From positions 229 to 64,228 of the forward strand of contig NIVC01003093.1 of the NCBI GenBank assembly GCA_002269645.1: a stretch of 64,000 nucleotides of DNA. Direction: 5' to 3'. Shown here one piece after another: positions 1 to 13,017 of this stretch; the stretch's first letter is position 1; each line of letters begins with the position of its first letter. Source of the DNA: Macrostomum lignano. Lineage: Eukaryota. The translations under genes and the position numbers were made by a program. The notes beneath the pieces are model-generated. The model was given only the letters and a program-made list of their open reading frames with translations, was not told where the DNA came from and made no database searches.

Positions 1-2074
1 CAACCTCAAGCCGGTAGTAGAGCACCGGCACCGGGGTGCTCATCGGCGGTTGCCAAGCGATACACAGAACGCCGGCACTGACGACATCGAAGCTGGCTGG
101 CACAGGCGGACCGGCCGAGGCCCCAAGCTGCGCTGGATTGGCGGGAACCAGGGCCGTCCAGAGCGATCCCGGGCAGCGGCCGTCGGCCAGCTCAGGCGAA
201 TAGCCAGCCGTTCGGCCGGCTGTCGTCTCTGGCCGGACTCGCATCTCCAGTGCCGAACTGCCAACCGATTTTGACGTTAGCGACAGCTCGTAGGCCGTGT
301 CGGCTAGCAGCTTGGTCACCGTGGCCTCGGTGGCCGTTGGCGGGTCTGCCAGCAGCCTATTCCTGGTCTTGTCGCCCAGGCGCCGGTACCAGACGGTGTA
401 GTGCACCGCGCGACCCGCGTCATAAGCCGGCTGCCACGTCAGGTGCAGGGAGAAGGGCGTCACGCTGACGACTGTCAGGTTGGCTGGCGGGTGCGGAGAG
501 GTGAGCTCCACCAGTAGACGCGCTGAAGCAGCCAATGGCAACACGGGGTTCTCCAGAGCGCAGGTGTAGGTCCCCTCAAGGTCGGGTTGGACGTCCCGAA
601 CGGACAGCTCCTGGTCCAGCGGGTCGTATGCGAGTCTCCTGTCCCGGTAGTCAAGGCGCCGACCGTTGCGCAGCCAGACAAGGCCGGTGGGGACATTCGA
701 AGGTGCCCAGAATGCGCAGGGCATTCGCACCGACTCTCCCAGAGCCAGTTGGTACAGCGCCAACGGTCGGGCGATGAACCGAGGCGACTGCACTGTCTGA
801 ACAGTAAACTCGGGCGTCCAGGAGCTCCAGGTGTTGAAACTGCTGGCAGTTTGAAGCGCGCGACAGCGGTACCTGCCGGAGTGCGACGGTGTGACCAGGT
901 TTAACCGGTAGCGCCTGCCCAGGTAGGCCGCTCCAATGGGCGAGCTGTTGCGAATCCAGTCTGTGGTATCAACTGGCGGATTAGCGAACACGGGACAGGT
1001 GAGCGAGCCGGCTGGCCGAGCGGCAGGAACTGGTCTCGACTAGAATTCGGCAATAAAGTCGGCGGATGCAGCACAGTGACGGCGCTGGGCCGGCTTGTCA
1101 AGTGCAGCTCCGATCCAACCATGACTTGGCACCGGTAGGTTCGGAGTGACTGTGGTCCAGTGCGGGGAAAATCAAAGAGCTGTTCTGGTGGCCTACGGCG
1201 ACGGACGCATCGGGCGATGAGAGAAGCGACGTCCAGAGTTTGAGCTTCGAACCCGGCTGGGCTCGCTGCCAATCGACTCTAGCGCGCAGGCCTGGGTCAG
1301 CGTGGAAGCCGCACGGCAGTTCCAGTCGGCGCCTTCGAGTGCCGTTGTTTGACTCGGCGGCGGCCGGTGAATGAAGGCGGCGCCGGCGCCGACCAGAACT
1401 GTGAAGTCGAGTTCGCTCACTCCGTAAGGGTTTTCTATGCGACAGGCGTACCTGCCAGAATCGTTGACGTTGAGGTTGTACACCTGCAACTGTTCCGGCA
1501 AGTGCCGGTCGATGCGAACCCGGCCTCGGTTGGCCAGGGGACACTCGTTGACCAGCCAGGAGACAGTCGGCTGGGGCCGGCCGCGGAACTTCGGGCACCG
1601 AAGTACAACGTATTCGCCAGCCTGTCTGTGAAGAGTCCTGGTCAGTACAGCCGATTCATTCGCCTCGAACTTCGGCAGCAGCCAAAGTTGAAGATGAAAT
1701 TCCTGGACGCTGTTGTCACCATTCTCAAGCTCAACACGGCATAAGTACAGGCCGTCGTCCCTCTCCCGGAGATGAGTCAGGTTGAACCGATGCATCCGTG
1801 ATGACGGAGACTGGACTGTCAGCCGGTGGAAGTAGCCGCTGCCAAGGCTGGCCGGGAAATTGCCGTGCCGCTCGAACGCGAGCTTGTTTGACTTGGTGAG
1901 GCTGAGCTGCTTCACTGCTGAGGCGTCTGAACGTGGCGTTCCTGTTGACGATGGAATCCGGCAGTCTAGCAGGACGCTGCCGCCCTCCACCGCGCGCAGC
2001 TCGGCGGAGTCGCCCTCGAGACAGCGCAGGGCGAGCAGCACCGCCACCAGCAGGGCCAAGAGTTTGCAGGCCAT
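1..2074 (-). CDS. IGSF9: Turtle/IGSF9-like cell-adhesion receptor (signal peptide, 5 Ig domains, FN3 domains); intronless here, 3' end beyond the window, three 1-bp frameshifts
   Basis: ATG 2074 MACKLLALLVAVLLALRCLEG signal peptide. Ig1 (VLLDC...GLYLCRVE) and Ig2 (VVLRC...VSW...GRYACRIEN) are in the first frame. Joining frames at about 1328, 1142 and 1004 gives Ig3 (RLELPC..VDW..TYRCQV), Ig4 (ARLTCPVFANPP..DW..GRYRCRA), Ig5 (VRMPC..LVW..GTYTCALEN), FN3 (PPANL..LTWQPAYDAG..YTVWYR..AYEL) and the start of a second FN3 (IAWQPP..YYRLEV), open to position 1. 5Ig+2FN3 with an N-terminal V-type Ig is the turtle/IGSF9 layout; orthology is not tested. Confidence 0.8.
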
Positions 2075-2869
2075 GCAGATGATTAGGCCTCTATTGCTTC
2101 TTTACAGTCTTGAGCAGACATTTCTCAGCCACTGATGCCCAGGCTTTGGCTTCCTTTTCTTTGCAGGTGTAGAACTAATTTAGCTAATTTAATTAACGCA
2201 AAAAAATTTGCTGCGCAGTTTGCATTAGAAATTGTCCGAAATTTGGGCTCCCTGTGCAAAGATTTTCACAGCCAGGAGAGGACTCATTGTTCACTTAAGC
2301 TCCACTGGTTCCTCGCCTGAGGAAGTCTGGCTGTTGCGGCTAGGTATGCGAGAGGCGAGAGTGATCTCTCAGCTCCTGGTCCTGATTATCTTCACTTTGC
2401 TGTTGAATTGTGTTCAAGACCTGCTTTTTTATCCTCTTCACTTCTCTGCAGAAGAAAACAACTTGCTTGGCTTCCACAGTGATTGCCTAATGCAAGCTGC
2501 GACCGACTGCCACCTTGCCCACCCTGCCGCCCGAGGCCACATGGGGTTCGTTCAGCAAGGGGGGCTGCCCGCGACCACCCAGTTAGTGAGGTCTTGGTTG
2601 GCTGCTGGCTGATTGAACAGTAGGCCAGACGGCCTTCCCTGGGCCGTCTCTCCTATCGTTCTGTCTCTCTCTCTCTCTGCGGCTCTCACTCACTCTGCGC
2701 CGTTCCCGTGCAGTGAGTCACACAGTCGGAGCCGCTCCGCTCACGCGCGCGTAGCCCCCTTCTCTTCCCGCCTTCCTATCTCGGCCCCTACAAGACCTGC
2801 GTAAGTTAAGTCGTCCTTTGTCTGTGTTGTGTATCTCGTGAGCACGTTCATTAGCAGACACAGACAGCT

Positions 2870-3460
2870 ATGAGCGGTCTGGGCGCGTTATTGGAGGATC
2901 TTACAGACAGAAAAAGAAGGAAGTGAGGTCTAGGACTCTAGACTGTAGAACACCCCAGCACCCAGGACCCATGGACGAGAGAATGTAGAAAGCGATGAAG
3001 ACGATTTTTTTCAACTCTGCCCAGCTCCAGTCTTCTCTGCCTCCAGTGAGTACAGTTGGAGAAAGGCGGGTTGGGTGAGGGCGGAGGGCGAGCAGAGCAG
3101 ATGGGGTATTCGGAGAGTGGGTGTGGGTCGCGATATTGCGTAACCGAGCAGCTGCCAGATAGGCCGGGTCGCTACGGGCTGCGAGACCCGCGAACCCTAT
3201 GCCAACAGTACCTACCATATTTGCAATGCATTCGAAACCCTGAACGAAAATGGATCGAGATGGCTGTCTATTCTCTGCCCTTGACATTTCCAGAGAAACT
3301 GTACAGCCAATATTGACTGCCGTGGGGAGGGAGAGGCAGAGAGGCTGTGTTGACAGTGACAGATGAGGCTCGACGAACGAAAAAAATGAATTTCAGGCTG
3401 CGCAGCCTGACGTCGACGCGGGTGACGCAAACCTTGAATGCGGATTTCTGTGCACCCTAG
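2870..3460 (+). pseudogene. Possible decayed non-LTR (L1/Tx1-like) ORF1 fragment
   Basis: Interrupted frames MSGLGALLEDLTDRKKKEVR... and ...AVYSLPLTFPEKLYSQY*LPWG... The latter loosely resembles the V..LP..P....L.P.G RRM segment of L1/Tx1 ORF1. Weak similarity from memory. Confidence 0.15.
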
Positions 3461-3504
3461 TGAAAACTGCTTTAGCAAAGTTTGTCAGTAGCTGATTTCA
3501 GTCC

Positions 3505-4826
3505 GCCCAAAATGAGTGTCTGTCTGCGGCGCCAAAATGAGTGTCTGCATGTATATGGCGCCAAAATGAGTGTCTGTATATGGCGCCAAAATGAGGTCTG
3601 TATATGGCGCCAAAATGAGGTCTGTATATGGCGCCAAAATGAGTGTCTGTCTGCGGCGCCAAACTGAGTGTCAGTGGCGCCAAAATGAGTGTCAGTGGCG
3701 CCAAAAAGAGTTCCTGTAGCGCCAAAATGAGTTACTGTGGCGCCAAAATGAGTTCCTGTGGCGCCAAAATGAGTTCCTGTGGCGCAAAAATGAGTTCCTG
3801 TAGCGCCAAAATGAGTTACTGTGGCGCCAAAATGAGTTCCTGCGGCGCCAAAATGAGTTACTGTGGCGCCAAAATGAGTTCCTGTGGCGCCAAAATGAGT
3901 TCCTGTAGCGCCAAAATGAGTTACTGCGGCGCTAAAATGAGTTACTGTGGGGCCAAAATGAGTTCCTGCGGCGCCAAAATGAGTTCCTGTGGCGCCAAAA
4001 TGAGTTCCTGTGGCGCCAAAATGAGTTCCTGTAGCGCCAAAATGAGTTACTGCGGCGCTAAAATGAGTTCAGGTGGCACCAAAATGAGTTTCTGTTGCGC
4101 CAAAATGAGTTCCTGCAGCGCCAAAATGAGTTACTGTGGCGCCTAAATGAGTTTTTGTGGCGCCAAAATGAGTTCAGGTGGCGCCAAAACGGGTTCCTGT
4201 GGCGCCAAAATGAGTTCCTGCGACGCCAAAATGGGTTCTTGTGGCGCCAAAATGAGTTCAGGTGGCGCCAAAATAAGTTCCTGTAGCGCCAAAATGAGTT
4301 ACTGTGGCGCCAAAATGAGTTTTTGTGGCGCCAAAATGAGTTTTTGTGGCACCAAAATGAGTTCCTGTGGCGCTAAAATGAGTTCCTGCGACGCCAGAAT
4401 GAGTTTTTGTGGCGCCAAAATGAGTTCAGGTGGCGCCAAAACGAGTTCCTGTGGCACCAAAATGTGTTCAGGTGGCGCCAAAATGAGTTTCTGTGGCGCC
4501 AAAATAAGTTCCTGTAGCGCCAAAATGAGTTACTGTGGCGCCAAAATGAGTTTTTGTGGCGCCAAAATGAGTTTTTGTGGCACCAAAATGAGTTCCTGTG
4601 GCGCTAAAATGAGTTCTTGCGACGCCAAAATGAGTTTTTGTGGCGCCAAAATGAGTTCAGGTGGCGCCAAAATGAGTTTCTGTGGCGCCAAAATGAGTTT
4701 CTGTGGCGCCAAAATAAGTTCCTGTGGCGCCAAAATGAGTTCCTGTGGCGCCAAAATGAGTTCCTGTGGCGCCAAAATGAGTTCCTGCGGCGCCAAAATG
4801 AGTTCCTGTGGCACCAAAATGAGTTC
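3505..4826. repeat. Minisatellite, 21-bp unit GGCGCCAAAATGAGTTCCTGT (about 25-bp variants at the left end), about 60 copies
   Basis: Directly visible tandem repeat; translates as the 7-aa repeat CGAKMSS. Confidence 0.97.
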
Positions 4827-5574
4827 TAACAGCACTGATTCCCCAGATAATGTAGGAATTTAGTCATGTAGAATTCTCGGCTTTGTTCTCCCTCCACCAT
4901 AAAATCCATGACGACGTCCCTGACAGCTATGGATGCATATAGAGAGAAGACCCGGGATAAACTGTTGTGTGAATTTATTGGGCATGAATTATGAAATCAG
5001 GAATGGTACAAGATTTAATGCAGGATTTGGTGATGAGTCAGACTGAGAGAAGGCATCGTGAGAGGCAGGGAAACTCCTGGAGCAGAGATATGACAGCCAA
5101 GCACTTGAACGAGGGGCTGCATTTCCTGCAGCGAGATCCAGCTAGCGATGACAGTTGCATTATGTTAGCCAGTCTGGTGCTTCATTCAGTTCAATAATAG
5201 CTATAGGCTGCCTCTGCCATTGCTTAGACTGACATGTCGTTGTCAAACACGAAAATGGGTTGCGTTTTTTGTGCCTGGGCAGGCAGTTCTGGCATGCGGT
5301 GGGTTGCGTAATTCTGAAGCAGTTAGTGGCTCTGCCAATTTTAAGTGAACTGGAAGAGGGACAGTGCAATTATTCTGCATGACTACTTTGCAAACAATTG
5401 TGGATTAACCATGTGCAGTATGGACGTGTTAACTTGGAGACTCACTCAGGCAGCTCCCACTGGCATTGAAAAGAGTTTATTGCCTGACGGCAATAGGCCA
5501 GACATCCAGGGGGAGGTCGAATGGGGGTCAGATGTCCTCCTAGTAAAAATGGGGGGTCATCTTCTGAGGAGTCA

Positions 5575-6392
5575 TGTTGGCGCTAAAATCTCTTCTGAGG
5601 AACTAGGCTGGCGCTAAAATCTCTTCTGAGGAGCTAGGCTGGCGCTAAAATCTCTTCTGAGGAGTCATGTTGGCGCTAAAATCTTTTCTGGGGAGCTAGG
5701 CTGTCGCTAAAATCTCTTCTGAGGAGCTAGGCTGTCGCTAAAATCTCTTCTGGGGAGCTAGGCTGTCGCTAAAATCTCTTCTGAGGAGCTAGGCTGTCGC
5801 TAAAATCTCTTCTGAGGAACTAGGCTGGCGCTAAAACCCCTTCTGAGGAGTTAGGCCGGCGCTAAAATCTTTTCTGGGGAGCTAGGCTGTCGCTAAAATC
5901 TCTTCTGAGGAGCTAGGCTGTCGCTAAAATCTCTTCTGAGGAACTAGGCTGGCGCTAAAACCCCTTCTGAGGAGTTAGGCCGGCGCTAAAATCTTTTCTG
6001 GGGAGCTAGGCTGTCGCTAAAATCTCTTCTGAGGAGCTAGGCTGTCGCTAAAATCTCTTCTGAGGAACTAGGCTGGCGCTAAAACCCCTTCTGAGGAGTT
6101 AGGCCGGCGCTAAAATCTCTTCTGAGGAGCTAGGTTGGCGCTAAAATCTCCTCTGAGGAGCTATAGGTTGGCGCTATTATCTTTCCTCTAGAGCTAAATT
6201 GGCGCTATACAATCTCCCCTCTAGAGCTAAATTGGCGCTATACAATCTCCACTCTAGAGCTAAATTGGCGCTATACAATCTCCCCTCTAGAGCTAAATTG
6301 GCGCTACAATCTCTCCTCTAGAGCTAAATTGGCGCTACAATCTCTCTTCTAGAGCTAAATTGACGCTACAATCTCTCTTCTAGAGCTGATTT
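5575..6392. repeat. Minisatellite, 31-bp unit GGCGCTAAAATCTCTTCTGAGGAGCTAGGCT, grading into CTAGAGCTAAATTGGCGCTACAATCTCTCTT
   Basis: Directly visible tandem units; shares the GGCGCYAAAAT core with the 3.5-4.8 kb array. Confidence 0.95.
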
Positions 6393-7039
6393 GGAGCTGA
6401 AATTGTCCAGGCCAGTCGCACTATCGGCGCCCACAGGCCAAAACCGCACCCGATGCTACCCGCAATCAATTCGCATGCAAGTTGGCGGAGACTGGCCTTG
6501 TATTTGGCCCGCTACATGCCTGCAGTCGCAGTGGAGTGAGTCACGCCCCAAGGGCTTATAATCCGCACTGTTACCTTCTGTGGCGATTAACATTATGCCT
6601 ACTAATGCTGTTAAAAGAAACAGACAAATTATACTTAGTCATCCTGGTAGCTGCAGTGTCGCCTCGGGGATTGAGGCGCCGTCACTCCATACCATTGTCA
6701 TTCGTGCGCGTGGCACAGGTGCCTTGCATGCTTAATTAAATGTTTTGACAGAAAAAGCAACGCAAGAGAAAAATTGGTTTGCCTGACAACAATTTTGGTC
6801 CGATAAAATTGTAAATTAAACATTCATAAAGCAATGTTAAATATTTTATACTTTAGTTTAATTTTTTGACTGTCTGTATTTACAGAAATAGCAGTTGCAA
6901 ATTTATCTGTCAATCAACATGAGTGAAAGTCTTCCAGTTTCCGTTTCAATTGGCGGTCAGAAAACTCTCTGCGCGGCCCCTGGGTTCTTTGAAACTTCAC
7001 AATAGCTCAAGGTCTGTTCAGGGTCTGTGTCTTCTCGGT

Positions 7040-8190
7040 TCTCTTCTCTCCACTCAATTCCTCTCCTCTCATCGTCTCTCTCATCTCTTCCCTCCTCTCA
7101 TCGTCTCTCTCATCTCTCCCCTCCTCTCATCTTCTCTTCTCATCTCTTCCCTCCTCTCATCTTCTCTGTCATCTCTTCCCTCCTCTTATCTTCTCCGTCA
7201 TCTCTTCCCTCCTCTCATTTTCTCTTTCATCTCTTCCCTGCTCTCATCTTCTCCGTCATCTCTTCCCTCCTCTCATCTTCTCCGTCATCTCTTGCCTCCT
7301 CTCATCTTCACTTCTCATCTCTTCCCTCCTCTCATCTTCTCTTCTCATCTCTACCCTCCTCTAATATTCTCTGTCATCTCTTCCCTCCTCTCATCTTCTC
7401 TTCTCATCTCTTCCCTCCTCTCATCTTCACTTCTCATCTCTTCCCTCCTCTCATCTTCACTTCTCATCTCTTCCCTCCTCTCATCTTCACTTCTCATCTC
7501 TTCCCTCCTCTCATCTTCACTTCTCATCTCTTCCCTCCTCTCATCTTCACTTCTCATCTCTTCCCTCCTCTCATCTTCTCTGTCATCTCTTCCCTCCTCT
7601 CATCTTCTTTGTCATCTCTTCCCTCCTCTCAGCTTCTCTGTCATCTCTTCCCTCCTCTCATCTTCTCCGTCATCTCTTCCCTCCTCTAATCTTCTCTGTC
7701 ATCTCTTCCCTCCTCTCATCTTCACTTCTCATCTCTACCCTCCTCTAATCTTCTCTGTCATCTCTTCCCTCCTCTCATCTTCTCTTCTCATCTCTTCCCT
7801 CCTCTCATCTTCTCTTCTCATCTCTTCCCTCCTCTCATCTTCACTTCTCATCTCTTCCCTCCTCTCATCTTCACTTCTCATCTCTTCCCTCCTCTCATCT
7901 TCACTTCTCATCTCTTCCCTCCTCTCATCTTCTCTGTCATCTCTTCCCTCCTCTCATCTTCTCTGTCATCTCTTCCCTCCTCTCATCTTCTTTGTCATCT
8001 CTTCCCTCCTCTCATCTTCTCTGTCATCTCTTCCCTCCTCTCATCTTCTCTGTCATCTCTTCCCTCCTCTCATCTTCTCTTCTCATCTCTCCCCTCCTCT
8101 CATCTTCTCCGTCATCTCTTCTCTCTTTTCATCTCTAATCTCATCTCACATCTCTCTTCTCTCTTACACCCTCTCTCATTTCTTCTCTCA
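7040..8190. repeat. Pyrimidine-rich minisatellite, about 30-bp unit TCTCTTCCCTCCTCTCATCTTCACTTCTCA
   Basis: Period of 30 visible in the lines at 7441-7560; explains the S/L-rich ORFs at 6923-8218. Confidence 0.95.
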
Positions 8191-10548
8191 TCCTAGATTA
8201 TTTAATATAGGATTTTAATAATCTAATAATCTAATAATCTAAATGTAGAATAATATTTAGATTATTATAAGCTAGATTATTTAATCTGGACCGTGAGGTA
8301 AATAAAGTGTGCAAACCCCTGGTTTAAAAATGGAAAATTCCCTTCACAGCTGGGAATCGCAGACCAGAACTGCTGGTAAGTGATATTCTGCAAGGCCGTT
8401 GCACATTCCGACAACAAATTGGAGGTGCAGTTTGCCTATTCTAATCTTGTCTCTGCGCAGGGACGCGTGTAAATATGAATGATTGCGTAATCAAAGCAAG
8501 TTGTTGCACCAAATATAAGGCTTTATTATACCTAGAGCTATATAGATATATTGTTATAAGTTTTGCTTGATCTCTGCGGGTGCTTCACGATCAACGTGGA
8601 ACACAGACAGATAGATAAGCAGGATTTTATCGCTGGGCTGATCAAAACTCCAAACACTGCACCGACACTACTAAAAAGCTGCCACTCGTGTCTGTTTAAC
8701 TATAATTCTTGCTATCTTGAGTATTATCTTTTGATTCCATCATATTTACTGCCTATAAAAGGATATATTATAGAATATAGCTTTTAGTTTATAGGACATG
8801 CAGTTCATTACAATTTATGTACGCTCGTACGTGCGTGTTCCAGTTCGATATAATGTCATTCAACTGCCCCCCGCGCTGTTTTCCCTGTAACATAGCTCAT
8901 GCAAGAGTGTACATGAAAATGTAACTGTACACATAAATGTAACAATGAATATAACATACAGCATCCAGCGCACTCACGAGTGATCCGATCGAAACACACG
9001 TACGCTTCGACTCTCGGGGGGGTGATAAGTCTCAATCTCAGAATTACATGTAGATTAGACATTTGATAGCTAGAGTTGATGATAGATTGAGCCGATAGTG
9101 TCAGTGTAAGCTCATGTGAGCACACCACATGTGGGTAGAGATAGCTAGAATAATTGATTAATTAGTATAATTAATAAGAACCGCACATATTAGCCCATTC
9201 ATTTCCATCAACATTAGGCCCTATACATGTACCTGCAATAAAAAAGCCCATGATCATTTCTAGAACCATTTAATTCTAATTAAAGAGGTCTTGTCCAGAT
9301 TCCACAAGTCGAAGCCCTGGCCTGCAGCCTCGCCCTTGTAACTGGCCTAGCACTGCGCAGCAATTAGTCTCTCGATCGACTAGAATTCATGATCGAAGGA
9401 CCGCGACCTATGGCTACGCGTTGTACGGAATTCATTCATTTGTTGAAAATGTGCATGATGAAGATGAAAATGTGGCGGTCGGCTCTGCCCTTATATTTTT
9501 ATGACACTAGTCTCCGTATATTGCGCCGTCCTGGCCCCTCCCCTGAGACCCCCAAGGTCCCTGATCCTAATGCCCTCGCTGAGAGGTCCATCTATTCTGC
9601 ACTAAGTCTAAGTTTCATTAATTCCACAGTAAGCCGCCCCATCTGCCTATTCAGCTTTGAAGTGACTAAAGAGAGCCGTGGGCTAAAAAAGGAGAAAGCA
9701 GTAATTTTAATTGTGCAAATTTCCGCTTTCCTGGAGGTTACGGTTTCTGTTCCTGCACCAAACATCTCTATTGGAACTGATCGAAAACCAAAGCAAGCTT
9801 TATGCAAGAAGGGTAATGCCAACTGTTCCGAGTTAGAAATTGCTAGCAATCTTTTCAGCAATTCCGCAGTGGTAACTGGTAGCAGCGTCTACTTAAAGTA
9901 AAAGCAATAGAATTTTGAGATTGAAATTCCTAAATTCGGCAATTGCGGCGCAAGATTATCAAATCCGTTGGAAAGATAACCGTAAATCTTCCACTTTTTG
10001 AGTATTTGAGATAAATTAAACCGCTTTGCAACAGCCACAGCTATTTTCCACCGAGACTTGAGGAACAAAGCAGTTGGAGTCACCTTAATCATTACCTGTT
10101 TGTTTTAATCAACGTTAAATATTTCAAAAGTTCGCCGCATAAAGTACTGTTGAAGGCTTAATATTCACTTGTGTTCCTTAATTGTGACCTAAATTATTCT
10201 TCTCCACCATTCAGGTATAGTACTTAAGCTTATTGAATTAATAAATCTAACAGTGTCTGTATTACGAGTAAAAGCCCTAGCAGTCTAAGGTTTATTAGAG
10301 ACAGAACAAAAAGGAAAACAGTAAATGGGGTAATAGGTGCAATTGGCCATGAGGCTAGGCTATTCTATTGTGGCTTAGCAATCAATGTTAGGCCCCTTCC
10401 CCTATCATTGACATTGCTAGGACTAGGCCTATTCAAGAAAAAAGTATAGTTGCCATTGCCATAGGAATTATTATAAAGTTTCACAGACAAAAAAACTGTT
10501 TTGAATAAAAATTGATAGGCCTAGGTGGCCCTAGCCTAGGCCTATATA

Positions 10549-11127
10549 CCATAGTTCGGAACACCCTGAATGTACGCCGGACTAAAATCTCTCACAATTT
10601 TTTTGGTATGTCAGTGTACGTCAAAGTTTGAGTGCACGCCCACTCTCAAATCTACCCCGGTGTTGCGACAATAAATGACCTTTTTTACGTTGCGACAATG
10701 TTTCTTCTTCTCCTTAATTGCGTAAAGTAACCCTTTTGAGCTAATAATATAATTGATACTTCTGCTTTTAAGCTGATATTATTTATAGGGAAAACTTAAT
10801 ACACGCAAAGATTTGTTTAAAGTTTTTATTACGAGCTCTCAAAACCCGGAAGCCTTGAAATTTACGCTTAAAAATGAACTTGTTTTATGTTTTTTGTACC
10901 TTTCACGAACTCTTGCGTGATTCTATTTACTGCATGCGCACTATTTTCTTAGACTATTCGATTTGATTCCGCAACTGCAGGAACATGTACGCCACTTTTT
11001 GAATAGGGCCTAAGCATTTTCATACGCCAGATAAGTACGCCAGATTTCAAAAAGTCAAAAATTGTACGCCAAGTGTACGCCAAAAGTCGTGAGTGTACGC
11101 CGGATTAATCCCTCTTCCGGACTATGG
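10549..11127. mobile_element. MITE (non-autonomous DNA transposon), family copy 1
   Basis: Termini CCATAGTTCGGA ... TCCGGACTATGG (12-bp TIR, 1 mismatch) and many subterminal TACGCC motifs. TSD is not clearly preserved. A degenerate third 5' end starts near 11348. Confidence 0.75.
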
Positions 11128-11719
11128 CCTGCCTATAGGCTATATATTCATGCCAATAAGTATCATATTGATACTAAGTTCATGTCTCATGAAAGAATGG
11201 CTATCATTTTTTGCATCTTTGCCTTTGTTTTTTGATCTGGTTTTTGTGTCCAGAAAACTCATTTAGTTAGACTAGATAGGGCTTATGGACATCATTTTTT
11301 TATTTTAGTAGGCCTAATTATAGTTGAACTTGGATTTATCCTATAGGCTATAGCTGGATCATGCTAGGTGCATGCCCAAACAAATATCAAATAGGCCTAT
11401 TTACAAATGCATGCCAAAAAATTAAGTGCATGCCCATTCTCAAAACTATGCTAGTGTTGTGATAATACTAACAAATGACCTTTTGGCAATTGTCAAGTTT
11501 TGTTCATTAAATTTTTTTGACTTTAGATAAGTACTGTACAAACTATTTTAAGTACAAATAGCTAATCTTAAGAGACTTAAGCTTAATCAGACACTAATTT
11601 TATGCTTCAAAACTTGTTATAATATATCTGACACCGAAAAGCTACAATAGTCTATGGCCAAAATGTTAACAAGTGAACAACTCAAGTCTTAACAGAAACA
11701 AATAAAAAGGATTATTGTC

Positions 11720-13017
11720 TGAGGTGGGGTGGAGAAAAGGAATAAGAAAATAAAATTTCTTTTGAAATCAGTTAGTTGCCAAAACCAATAAGATAGGGAC
11801 CATAGTCCGGATCATGCTAGACTTACGCCAGAGGGAAAATCCAACATTTTTTGGCACTTACGCCAGACTTAGGCCAACCAAAAAAGGTCTCTGACAATTA
11901 CTAAGCAAAGGACTAGAACTTAAAAAAGCTAGAGTTAGATGAATTGAAACAATAGACAAATAGAATAGATGATTCACAATTAATCCATGATTAATTAAAT
12001 TCAGAAGTTGCAACTGTTTAAAAATCTCACAAGTTGTAAATTCTGAATCAAGAATCAAAGTAAACATCTTAAAGCTAAAAAAACTTTTGCTATCCTACAA
12101 TAGATATTCTGCTATTTCATTTATACGAACTGCAATGTTTTAATGAACTTTGTTTTAATGCTACTCTTTAACATCATAATTAACGCAAATGTGTAATGTT
12201 CTATAGTGATACATTTGATTGTGAATGATCTCATTTGTGCCAACATTTATGCCACTTGATTTATGCCATGTACTTACGCCAAGCACTTATGCCAAGGCAC
12301 ATTTTGGCCTATACTTACGCCAAGCACTTACACCAGCCTCCGATCCCAACCAGATTTATGCCAGAGATCTCCGGCATAAACAACATGATCCGGACTATGG
12401 GGTAGGGACAGTTCAACTTTGAATTCCCGCCTTTGTTATTTTGGCACTCATGAAAGCTGGAAAATTTTGCTAAATGACTCAAAATGCTTTTCTCTCTTGA
12501 TACTCCATTTGCCAGGTCCTCAATTCTAGGGGGAGAGTAGTAGTAATCATAGTTAAGCAGTCTTAAGCAGGCATGGTCATTCAGACAATAGACTCGATGG
12601 TCTAGACATTGTAATTCTATTTTCTGAGTTTCTAAACTGATTACTTTCAGTAGAGTAGCATTGCCACCACTGTAATTTCATATTATGGAACATTAAGATC
12701 TTAAAGTTTGTTTGGAGTTGAGACTAACTTGGTTGTTTAACACCCCATGGACAAATACCTCAAGATAAACTATTTAGAGCTTTAATCAATTAATGTAAAT
12801 AAATAATGAGCAGGTGATATTTAGTTATTTATTATTTGCCAACAAGTATTTTAACAACAAAATGAGAGTTAATCCAGTTGTGCCGAGGGTGCTGAATAAG
12901 TAAGGTAGTTATGCAAAGGCCTAAAGTCTATTACTTAAGGTCTAAATAAAGAATACAATTACTTGCATTTGAACTTAAAGGAACAAATGTAAATGCACAA
13001 AGAAAAGAGCAAGAGGA
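11720..13017 (-). repeat. 3' LTR of the Gypsy element (interrupted by the MITE; may extend to about 13311)
   Basis: Direct repeat of 18874-19566 starting TGAGGTGGGGTGG; aligns to ...GAGCAAGAGGAA once the MITE is removed. Confidence 0.85.
11800..12400. mobile_element. MITE with 17-bp perfect TIR and 8-bp TSD (hAT- or P-like), inserted in a Gypsy LTR
   Basis: TIR CCATAGTCCGGATCATG (11800-11816) / CATGATCCGGACTATGG (12384-12400). Flanks GATAGGGA (11792-99) and GGTAGGGA (12401-08). The sister LTR near 18940-18960 shows the empty site. Confidence 0.9.

Noticed and set aside
3643-4863. Long CGAKMSS-repeat ORFs that look like a Cys-rich repeat protein
   Set aside because: Pure translation of a stop-free 21-bp minisatellite; no unique N- or C-terminal domain or splice context.
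6923-8218. 431-aa and 220-aa Ser/Leu-rich ORFs
   Set aside because: A pyrimidine-only repeat cannot encode stops, so the open frames are artefacts.
9005-9030. G-run followed by TG (PPT plus LTR-start-like)
   Set aside because: No matching LTR end, second copy or upstream pol found in the window.
9389-10092. ORFs of 170, 89 and 67 aa
   Set aside because: No recognisable motif, no coding-like codon bias and no consistent splice sites.
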